Virus record (IMG/VR): IMGVR_UViG_3300033978_000437 | DNA: 64,000 nt | Strand: one strand, 5' to 3' | Source of the DNA: a virus | Part shown: positions 29,529 to 37,672 of the stretch, in pieces | Layout of the letters: each line of letters begins with the position of its first letter | Position numbering within the stretch: the first letter of the stretch is position 1 | Translations under genes and position numbers: made by a program | The notes under the pieces: generated by a model | The model's database searches: none | Seen by the model: only the letters and a program-made list of their open reading frames with translations | What the model was told of the DNA's origin: nothing

Positions 29529-32500
29529 CTAACCATTTAAAATTCGTACGGGATCGTTGATCGAAATATCTCCACGTGCATGCGCTCGTCTTACATCCTG
29601 TATATTCTGGAAAATCCTTAATGGTCGATCAGATTTACGAGAAGGATCTGTACCCATAAATAAACCACCAATGTACTCATTAGCAGGGGCATGCATTACA
29701 GACTTCATATCACCCACACTAAAAAGATTACGACTTGGCAATAAGCGGTCAAATGCTTCTTGCCTAGCTTTTTCCGTACTTGGCACATGATAGTTCATGG
29801 TGTCGCCATCAAAGTCAGCACCAAATCCCTTCACGATCAAAGGACTTACTTGTAGGGTATTCCCTTTAGTCAATCTTGGCCTCATCGCCATAATCCCAAA
29901 CTTATGCAAAACAGGAGCACGACTAATATATACAGGACGATGCTCCATCTCTTCAAGCAAGAATTTGCGTGCTACCGGAGTCTTATCTTCTAATTGAGTA
30001 CGAGCCTGCAGCATCGACATGCCTTGTCGCACCAATCTTCTAGTAACAAATTTCTCATAGACCTTAAATGCTTTATCTTCGGGCAGCCCTACCGAGTCCA
30101 TGTCCAATTCCGGATTTGGAGTAATTACCGCTCGACCTACATTGTCTACCGTAGACGAAATCAGTTTGCGTTGTACAACCCCGAACTTAGGGCTTGCACC
30201 AAACACATTTTTTAAAGCCCCACGAACATTCTTCTCTTGGCTTTTTGCACTAATAGGATCACCTAACCCAGTCACCGCTTTAAATGCTTGATAGGTAGAA
30301 AGACGCTCCGATCCCGAAGCTTCTTCCCCTACTTCTTGCTGCATTTTGCTAAAATTCTGATTAGCCTCAAACAGTTCTTTATAAAGGTGATTAGCGTCGT
30401 TAACCAATGGCATGCCATTGCTCATCAAGCTAACTGGACGAAACATTGGAGGAAGAACTGGCACTTTGGTCAGCATGTAGTCCGCAGGCTTCAGCCCTAG
30501 TTTATGTGCAGATTTAAAATAGCTAAGCTTACGAATTGCGGCATCTCGTTGCGCCCCTCGCCCTGCGGCTATCATAGCTCGAGCTTTAGGGATTTCTGCT
30601 TCTGGATTAAGATTCTCTAATGCCTTTTGTAAAGCTTTCGTACCGGTGCCATATTTCTCTAAAAATTCTGTACCTGCCACAATGCCTTCAAACTTTTTCT
30701 GTGTTAGCCCAAGCATATGACGAATAGGTTCTTCCATTACTGGGTTAGGTAAAGGTTCGTGCAAACGCATAAACGACCAACGAGTGCCCCCGTGTCCACC
30801 AGTTTTAGCCTTGTCAAATAAGCCACCATTAATCTCTTTAAGCTGATTTCCCCATTCTACTCCGTCTGCGCTGCTAAGCTCACGATCCCCAGCTAAGTTG
30901 TCAATGTCCTTGTCCGTCAATGCCATGATTTGAGTCTGCGTTCCTTGCTTAACCACATTAACTCCAGCAGATTGCAGCTGGGCTACAAACTTCTGATAAG
31001 CAAAAGGAACTTTAGTAACCTTAGGGTTATACCCAGACATGTACTGCATCCAATAATCATCATTCTTCTGCCTACGAATTGTAAAAATGTCCTGCAGTGT
31101 GTCCGTAGCTCCGTGAGAAAGTAATGCGTTGGCATCCATTAGCCCAATACGCTTAGAACCTTCAACACCACCTTTAGCCGGTGCATCTTCCATCGTGTAA
31201 GCTCCACCACTTCTACCTTGTCCTTTAGACTCAGAGGTGTGATGCAGTTTCATGAAGAAACGATTACCCGTTGCCACATTTTTAATTTTTTGATCTTTAG
31301 ATGGGTCTATAATGTCTTCTAAGTCCGACAAACCTTCCTTAGCTAATTCTTGCATAACCCATTGAGTCATATCTTTTTTAGTGTCAAAATCATCCACCTT
31401 AATAGGCATGCCACGCTTAGCTGCTATTTTACCTAGAAACAATTCAGACATTTGAGCTGGGTTGGTTCGGCTAATAATCCCAAGAGGATTAAGAAGCACT
31501 TCAAAAGGTTGTTTATTTGAATCATGGGGCATTTCGCTATCTGGGATGATGTCAGCAATAACACCTTTATCCCCATAACGACCCGACAGCTTATCTCCAA
31601 CCTGCGTTGGCGATTCTGCCTTAACTACAACGACTGGACCTTTCTTACCCATTACCACATCAGTAACAACACCACTATCGTGATGCTGCCAAAGTACTGC
31701 TGCGTCGTTGAATCCAGATTGACCCTTCTTATGCACTTTGTTGTATACATTTTCCTTTTGTGTGATCCCCAATACCAAAGGATCTCCAAAGTTAACTACT
31801 GTACCAGGCTTGACCACTCCTTGATCGTCTATGTTCGCTAATATGTCTTTTTTAAAGGTAGCTGGAAATGCTTGAATAAATTGTCTTTTACCGACTTGTG
31901 TTTTGTCATCCACTTCCAACTCATGCTGGTACATATGGGAAGAAGCTGTCTTCTTTGCAAAGCTTTCTGAGATAACAACCGCATCTTCAAAGTTTTTACC
32001 CTGCCATGGGATATAGGCAGTGCGAGCATTTCGGCCTAAAGCCATTGTTCCAGTACTGTCCGTGAAGTTAGAGCTAGCTAATAACTGATTTGGTCTAAAT
32101 GTGTCACCGGGTTTAACTGCGGCAGTTTGATGAAAAAAGGTTTTACGATTGAAAGGAAAATTATGATAAAGTTCGTGCGTTTCTTCTGTTCCGTCTGCAT
32201 TACGCACTTTAATCTCTTCATCCGTCACCGAGGTAACTGTACCTCCTTGTGTTGCCCTTAAAGCTCCCATCCCAGATGAGTATAGCTCTTCATAACTTTG
32301 TTTACCGCCTGTGTGCGGAACTGCAGACTGTACCAAAGGAGCTTCAGGAGAAGCTAAAGGTAATGCTTGTGTGGTCATACGAGATGCCATCACTAATCGC
32401 TGACCTTTTACCTGACTCTTCATGGGGATGACATTAGAAAGAGGATTAAATGCTTCTTCCATGTCAGGAAGCTCTAAATCAATGCTTGATTTAGGTACAT

Positions 32501-33995
32501 GTAACATCTTACCGCCACGCATCGCCACTACACGGGCATCTTCACCATCTTGGCTTCCGGGAAAACCAACGGTTAAGTCTGCTACATCTTGAGGAGTTTT
32601 AAAAGTCATTTCCCCGCTACGCAGATCCTTAAACTGAGCATAGAGCTTACCATCGCTTCCTTTACGAGATCCCCTAGCTAGATATGTGTCCACCCCTACA
32701 CGACCCGACTCGGGAGTACGCACAGGATCCACATAACCCAACATGCTTGACTGTACATTTCTGGATTCCATGGGAATTGCATCCATAGAACCAATACCAC
32801 CCTCACCCACTCGAGTAACAGACATTGTCTTTTCATAAATGTCTGTAGGATTAATTTCTTCAATCGCTTGCCCTAGCCCGCTACCGAGCAAAGCACTTTT
32901 TAACTGTTTTTCTAATGCTGAAGACGGCATCGAATCCAAATTACCTTTGCCTGACATCTTCCACAGTAGGTTACGGCGAACCCCGCCTTTATCTCGTGCA
33001 ATACGCTCTGAAAACAAATCTTCTGGACCTACAAACTGCTGAAAATGCAGTGCATCTCTATCATCCGGATCCGCTTCCTTTCTATTAACCTTTATCAGCT
33101 TTTTGGTAATGTCCATCAATGTGTCTAGTGTGACACCTGAATGTGGGTTTCCCAGCGTGCGACGATTTACCTCGGGATCCATTTCCATCTTAGAAAACTT
33201 AGCAAGCAATGCTTGTTTTTGTTTTTCTTCTGGTTCAGCTAGTTCTTTAGAAGAAAGAAACATGCCTTTAAGTCTTGTATACTCAGATGCATCATCCGAA
33301 TTGTAATTAGAAGCGAATAGATCTTTACCCCAAGCTTCCTGCGCCTGCTCCGAGGTAACTCCCATAGCTTTTAACAAAGGAGTTAATCCAACTGAAGCTT
33401 GCCCAACCTTAAGCTTAAATTTGCCTTTCTCAGGGTCTAAGAAATAACGCTGTGATACGCCTTTTCCAGGCATCACATTAACATGGGATTCAATTTCACC
33501 ATTGTTCCGTGTGCGGGTGTAAACTCCGGGCAGTAACCGCTGTTGATTTCTTAAAATGTACTCAGTGCCATTGTTAATAAAGGTACCACGCTCCGTTAAG
33601 TGTGGGACAGTGGCAAGAACTGATTTCTTGGAGGCTATCACTTGCTGTGTTGCATTATCCATTAACTCCCAAGTTCCTTCTAACCTACGACCTTGAGACC
33701 TACCATTAAGAATAGCAGCTTTCTGCTCCTGCTTGCTGGCGGTATCCCCATCACGATAGTTTACTCCAGTTAAACTAAGCGTATGTCGGTCATTAGATAT
33801 AGGTTGTACTTGCTGTGCTGCTTGCAACACTCTGTCATAAATAATAGATTTGACTTTTTTGGTGTCGTGAAATTCATGAAAACTAGGCAATGGAGCTGCA
33901 GGCTGCATTGTTTGTAGAAGCTGTGCCTGTTGTGGCACCCCGCCTAGCAACGAGATGTTAGCAGTATCAAACAAATTAGACGAAAGTGGAAGCAT
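29529..33995 (-). CDS. rpoB: Phage RNA polymerase beta subunit fused to the N-terminal (catalytic) half of beta-prime
   Basis: Beta motifs GTFINNGTEY, DPVRTPESG, IPWQGKNFEDAVVISE, GDKLSGRYGDKGV, LNPLGIISRTN, FMKLHH; then beta-prime motifs PVLPPMFRP, GRAVITPNP, SRAPVLHKFG and catalytic GADFDGD (29802-29822). Confidence 0.95.
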   Translation of the reverse strand: MLPLSSNLFDTANISLLGGVPQQAQLLQTMQPAAPLPSFHEFHDTKKVKSIIYDRVLQAAQQVQPISNDRHTLSLTGVNYRDGDTASKQEQKAAILNGRSQGRRLEGTWELMDNATQQVIASKKSVLATVPHLTERGTFINNGTEYILRNQQRLLPGVYTRTRNNGEIESHVNVMPGKGVSQRYFLDPEKGKFKLKVGQASVGLTPLLKAMGVTSEQAQEAWGKDLFASNYNSDDASEYTRLKGMFLSSKELAEPEEKQKQALLAKFSKMEMDPEVNRRTLGNPHSGVTLDTLMDITKKLIKVNRKEADPDDRDALHFQQFVGPEDLFSERIARDKGGVRRNLLWKMSGKGNLDSMPSSALEKQLKSALLGSGLGQAIEEINPTDIYEKTMSVTRVGEGGIGSMDAIPMESRNVQSSMLGYVDPVRTPESGRVGVDTYLARGSRKGSDGKLYAQFKDLRSGEMTFKTPQDVADLTVGFPGSQDGEDARVVAMRGGKMLHVPKSSIDLELPDMEEAFNPLSNVIPMKSQVKGQRLVMASRMTTQALPLASPEAPLVQSAVPHTGGKQSYEELYSSGMGALRATQGGTVTSVTDEEIKVRNADGTEETHELYHNFPFNRKTFFHQTAAVKPGDTFRPNQLLASSNFTDSTGTMALGRNARTAYIPWQGKNFEDAVVISESFAKKTASSHMYQHELEVDDKTQVGKRQFIQAFPATFKKDILANIDDQGVVKPGTVVNFGDPLVLGITQKENVYNKVHKKGQSGFNDAAVLWQHHDSGVVTDVVMGKKGPVVVVKAESPTQVGDKLSGRYGDKGVIADIIPDSEMPHDSNKQPFEVLLNPLGIISRTNPAQMSELFLGKIAAKRGMPIKVDDFDTKKDMTQWVMQELAKEGLSDLEDIIDPSKDQKIKNVATGNRFFMKLHHTSESKGQGRSGGAYTMEDAPAKGGVEGSKRIGLMDANALLSHGATDTLQDIFTIRRQKNDDYWMQYMSGYNPKVTKVPFAYQKFVAQLQSAGVNVVKQGTQTQIMALTDKDIDNLAGDRELSSADGVEWGNQLKEINGGLFDKAKTGGHGGTRWSFMRLHEPLPNPVMEEPIRHMLGLTQKKFEGIVAGTEFLEKYGTGTKALQKALENLNPEAEIPKARAMIAAGRGAQRDAAIRKLSYFKSAHKLGLKPADYMLTKVPVLPPMFRPVSLMSNGMPLVNDANHLYKELFEANQNFSKMQQEVGEEASGSERLSTYQAFKAVTGLGDPISAKSQEKNVRGALKNVFGASPKFGVVQRKLISSTVDNVGRAVITPNPELDMDSVGLPEDKAFKVYEKFVTRRLVRQGMSMLQARTQLEDKTPVARKFLLEEMEHRPVYISRAPVLHKFGIMAMRPRLTKGNTLQVSPLIVKGFGADFDGDTMNYHVPSTEKARQEAFDRLLPSRNLFSVGDMKSVMHAPANEYIGGLFMGTDPSRKSDRPLRIFQNIQDVRRAHARGDISINDPVRILNG

Positions 33996-34015
33996 TCATA
34001 AAACTCTAAATAAGA

Positions 34016-34810
34016 TTATATGGCATGAGGAATAGCATAAATTTCAGGAGGCTGTACTAATGCCTGCCGACGTGCTCTTTCCTCCACAGCCTCATCCAAT
34101 ATCGCACGCCTGCTATTCTTCTTCATTGCTTTATTGACCAAATAGTAACCAGCAGGAACACTTGATAATAACCAAGTTAAAGCTAACCCTTTGCTAATAC
34201 CAGAAGCGTTTGGAAAAGTAGAATTAAATGTGTCAGAGATAGCTCCAACAGGATCTAATGCCGACTTTTGACTGTACCCTGCAAATGCTCGATCTAAATA
34301 ATCATCAGTTCCTTTCTTATATGCGCCTAATAAAGCTTCCTCATACTTCTTTTTTGAGGCTTCAAGTTTTGCTTTGCTTTCTTGTTCTTTTGCTCTGTTT
34401 AACAAAAGATCCACACCTTTCCACCCGCCATAAGCAGCAAGCGGAGCTCCTAAAAGCATACCAGGCAAATAATAGTCTAAGCCATAAGGAGAAGTTGCTC
34501 TAGAATTCGAATCAATAGCATTTTTCTCTTTTGGGTAAGCTACTGGCATATCAATTACGCGTGGCCCCTTTTTAGGATTTTTTGTATTATCAAAAAGTCC
34601 TGTAATCCCTCGAACTGCAGCTCCTGCCCCTACGCCTAATGCTAATGTTTTAAGAATACTTTTAATTGCATCAGCTTGCATTTGCTGATTAACTTGAGTT
34701 CTGAGGTCTTCACCAATTGCACCTACTGGAGTAACAATGGGGGTTGCTGCAGATTTTTCAACTTTAATTTGTTTCAATAACTTTTTTGCACTTGTCTTAT
34801 TCATGTCCAT
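34016..34810 (-). CDS. Three-TM glycine-rich virion/membrane protein
   Basis: EKSA, EKNA, QKSA motifs each followed within about 20-35 aa by a hydrophobic Gly/Ala segment; no Cys. Confidence 0.6.
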   Translation of the reverse strand: MDMNKTSAKKLLKQIKVEKSAATPIVTPVGAIGEDLRTQVNQQMQADAIKSILKTLALGVGAGAAVRGITGLFDNTKNPKKGPRVIDMPVAYPKEKNAIDSNSRATSPYGLDYYLPGMLLGAPLAAYGGWKGVDLLLNRAKEQESKAKLEASKKKYEEALLGAYKKGTDDYLDRAFAGYSQKSALDPVGAISDTFNSTFPNASGISKGLALTWLLSSVPAGYYLVNKAMKKNSRRAILDEAVEERARRQALVQPPEIYAIPHAI

Positions 34811-34814
34811 ATCC

Positions 34815-35189
34815 TTATGGGGTAGAGGAAGAAGGCATCAAGCAAGGATTACCATCTTCTAAGAAATATTCGAGCCATTCTGCATAGATATAATGATGCT
34901 TATCCTTCTCTTCTCGCCATCTCTCGATAAATACCAACTGATACCAAGAATTTGCCACACCATCCATGACTTTTAAATACGCTTGATTCTGTTCATTGTC
35001 TCCAGTGTAAAATGTAGCATTTTTAGGGTCTGCTACTCGTACTAGTCTATCTTCATACTCTTCGTTTTTATAAAGAGGTGCTTGATGCCCACGAAAAGGC
35101 AAACCATCTACATCCGCACGATCCCAAAATAATTGGCCTCGTTCGTTACCTTCTTTGCGATTCGTAAACTTCACTAAACTATTCGCCAT
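34815..35189 (-). CDS. Hypothetical protein
   Basis: 124 aa; SD AGAGG. Confidence 0.6.
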   Translation of the reverse strand: MANSLVKFTNRKEGNERGQLFWDRADVDGLPFRGHQAPLYKNEEYEDRLVRVADPKNATFYTGDNEQNQAYLKVMDGVANSWYQLVFIERWREEKDKHHYIYAEWLEYFLEDGNPCLMPSSSTP

Positions 35190-35204
35190 CTTAGCCTCTT
35201 CTAG

Positions 35205-35585
35205 TTACAGAAAAATACGCCCAGTACTTTTACGCTTTGCTTTATAATCTTGTCGTTCTTTCTGCCTTTGCAGCTGTCCTGCTAATCTTTCATAAGTGTC
35301 TTGCAACTCTTGCCGTTTAATGTTTTCAATTCCTCGGCTACCTTCTGTGTCTGCAGCTTGGTTAGCAAAGTAAGCAGCAATACCGCCAATGGCCGGAGGA
35401 ATTGCTAAACCTGCCATCAAATAAGGAGCAATAGATCCAGCTGCGCTTACAGCGTTATTAACTTCACCCATGGGGCTAAACAAACTTGCAGCCATTTTAG
35501 ACAAACCATGTGTCTGCTCAGGGCTCATTCCCTCTTCAACACACCTAGACAAAAACCCAAGTTTAAATGCTTCGTGTACTTGCAT
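35205..35585 (-). CDS. Small single-TM protein with EAFKLGFLSRCVEEG...SKMA leader
   Basis: ATG 35585 with SD AGGAG; TM-like YLMAGLAIPPAIGGIAAYFA. Confidence 0.6.
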   Translation of the reverse strand: MQVHEAFKLGFLSRCVEEGMSPEQTHGLSKMAASLFSPMGEVNNAVSAAGSIAPYLMAGLAIPPAIGGIAAYFANQAADTEGSRGIENIKRQELQDTYERLAGQLQRQKERQDYKAKRKSTGRIFL

Positions 35586-35596
35586 TAAATAATCTC

Positions 35597-35995
35597 CTAG
35601 AACGCAACACTTTTGCCACTGGTCAAACAAGATGGCATAATTACAGTGACAGGCAAACTCATCGCCTTGTGTCTCTGCACCGTAGGATCATCAGGGGCAC
35701 CCTGCTCCCTTGCTTTATGTACTAAGTCTAATGCTTGTTCGATGAAACGCATATGCCGTTCCACCTCATCTTGGTGCATAAAACCTTCATTATCTTTACT
35801 GCGACCATTAGACATCATATCGTTGATGCCTTGCAATCGCAGAAGAAATTCTCGAATAGACACCACTCCATAGCTGTTGTTCCGAGAATCTTCCCAATGG
35901 AGTTGCCCTCGTTCCGCCCACCAACGAACCGCTTTTGGGTTAGTTCGAGGACCAAAGAAAACAACCCCATTATTCGTTCCAAGCAATACAGTCAT
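35597..35995 (-). CDS. Hypothetical protein
   Basis: 132 aa; SD AAGGTG. Confidence 0.6.
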   Translation of the reverse strand: MTVLLGTNNGVVFFGPRTNPKAVRWWAERGQLHWEDSRNNSYGVVSIREFLLRLQGINDMMSNGRSKDNEGFMHQDEVERHMRFIEQALDLVHKAREQGAPDDPTVQRHKAMSLPVTVIMPSCLTSGKSVAF

Positions 35996-36003
35996 ATCAC
36001 ACC

Positions 36004-36021
36004 TTAAAATCTAGAATTTAG
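36004..36021. promoter_or_regulatory. Copy of 18-bp palindromic motif
   Basis: TTAAAATCTAGAATTTAG overlapping the upstream stop codon and the downstream SD. Confidence 0.55.
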
Positions 36022-36449
36022 AAAATCATAACAGGCTTAGCCCTTGCTGCCATTTTAACAGCTTGAGGCTCGTTACTAGTATCTTCAGCTATCCAGCCCA
36101 TCTTTTCAAACACATTAAATATAGAATCTGTAGCCCCGTCAATTGTGGAAAGTAGCAATGACTTTATAGTGGAATCCACCATGGGCTCAAGCATGTTAGG
36201 AACACCAATGATATCGATTGGAGCAATCACGGTATCGTAGAACTTATCCAGCCCAGCTAACACTAGCTGCTTTTTTTCCTCACGGCTACCCTGCCCTGCT
36301 ATTTCTACAAGTCGCACAAGGGTGGCTGCCCCGTTGTACAATAACCCAAGCACTTCTGAATAAGTTATTTTTCCGTCTGCTGTATACCCCTTATAGCGAT
36401 CAACCATCGCAAGGATTGTTTGTTCCAACTGTTCTTGTACTGTAGCCAT
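36018..36449 (-). CDS. Hypothetical helical protein
   Basis: 143 aa; SD AAGGAG. Confidence 0.65.
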   Translation of the reverse strand: MATVQEQLEQTILAMVDRYKGYTADGKITYSEVLGLLYNGAATLVRLVEIAGQGSREEKKQLVLAGLDKFYDTVIAPIDIIGVPNMLEPMVDSTIKSLLLSTIDGATDSIFNVFEKMGWIAEDTSNEPQAVKMAARAKPVMIF

Positions 36450-36465
36450 AACTATCTCCTTATAC

Positions 36466-37581
36466 TTAGTTAAAAAGACGAGGCACTATACTATTAATCA
36501 CACCTAGGGTAGCCCCAGTTTGCCCTAATGTAGCTTGCGTTCCGCCAGGCATGCCAGTTAGTAATCCAAGGCCATAACCAACTGTACGCCCAGTAATGTA
36601 ACCTTTAAGTCCGCCACCTGCGGCACCCATGGCCATACCAAATAACCCAACTTGGTGTGGGGTTACCATTCCTGGGCTTGAATTGGGATCTTGCATTTGC
36701 CCTGCCCCATATACTGCTCCCATTGTCATAGCTGTGGTTTGAGGACTTGCATTAGTCCCCCAAAGAACTTGCCCAAGCTCGTTTGTGCGGATCAAGGGCA
36801 TTTCAGTAAAAGAAGGACCACCAATAGTCCCAAAGGCATCACTAGAATGCTTAGATATAAAGTTTGCCACCGCCTCCTTATACTTTACGGAAGTAGGCAA
36901 CTTATCTTCAAATCCGTCTTCGGGAAAACCTTTAAAAAGAGTTGGATCATTAAATTCTCGACCTTCGTGCAGATTTATTAAACCGGGTACTGAACCTACT
37001 AAAGCTCCACCTGCTCCGCCTAATAAAGCCAGCCGTTTTCGTAAAGTACCTTTAGTCTGTGCCCAGTCTGGCAATACTTGTTCACCTAACCAACCTGCCC
37101 CATACCCAAGACCTGTACCTATAAGCCCGCTGGCAACCATAGCTGCAATAGGTCGTCCACCATAGCCGGGAATGTCTTTGCTTGGAAAAAATTGAGCTAG
37201 TTCTCCTAATCGTCGTATAGTTGGGGAGTAAGCTACCTTTACCCACCAGTCATGTAAATCGTAAGGTGTCAAAGGCTCAGAATGCACTCGGTCTGTTCCA
37301 AGCTTTTCTGTTAAAAGCCGTAGACCCCAATCAAACTCTTCTTGGTTTAGTACTGGGCGTACATACATGCCAGCCTTTTCAAGAGCTGGATTCCAGTAAA
37401 TACCTATATCTGTTTTTGTGTATAAAGGAGACACTATCCGTCTTATGATTTGAGCCGGAGCAGCACACTTCTCGGCCAAGTAATCAATAGTGCCGGGAAA
37501 ATCAGCGTATAACCCTAAATCTAGAGTCTGTTCGACATTTAAATTAGGTAACTCGCTATCGTATGCCACATGCTTATCCAT
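36466..37581 (-). CDS. Glycine-zipper membrane-type virion protein
   Basis: SGLIGTGLGYGAGWLG, LLGGAGGALVG, FGMAMGAAGGGLKG, VGYGLGLLTG; EKCA, VKVA, SKHS motifs. Confidence 0.6.
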   Translation of the reverse strand: MDKHVAYDSELPNLNVEQTLDLGLYADFPGTIDYLAEKCAAPAQIIRRIVSPLYTKTDIGIYWNPALEKAGMYVRPVLNQEEFDWGLRLLTEKLGTDRVHSEPLTPYDLHDWWVKVAYSPTIRRLGELAQFFPSKDIPGYGGRPIAAMVASGLIGTGLGYGAGWLGEQVLPDWAQTKGTLRKRLALLGGAGGALVGSVPGLINLHEGREFNDPTLFKGFPEDGFEDKLPTSVKYKEAVANFISKHSSDAFGTIGGPSFTEMPLIRTNELGQVLWGTNASPQTTAMTMGAVYGAGQMQDPNSSPGMVTPHQVGLFGMAMGAAGGGLKGYITGRTVGYGLGLLTGMPGGTQATLGQTGATLGVINSIVPRLFN

Positions 37582-37597
37582 TGAGTTACAAGTACAA

Positions 37598-37625
37598 AGC
37601 CATGCGTCAAAGATGACACATGGCT
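37598..37625 (-). terminator. Hairpin downstream of nrdJ
   Basis: AGCCATGTGTCA/TGACGCATGGCT 12-bp stem with one G-U pair. Confidence 0.5.
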
Positions 37626-37672
37626 AACTATCTTACTCCATTTATACCCTGCATAGCTAGACTAAGCTAGGC

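Noticed and set aside
23946-33995. Host chromosomal rpoBC operon or full Helicobacter-type fusion
   Set aside because: No ribosomal protein neighbours, highly diverged, Zn sites lost, embedded among virion genes, and split inside beta-prime
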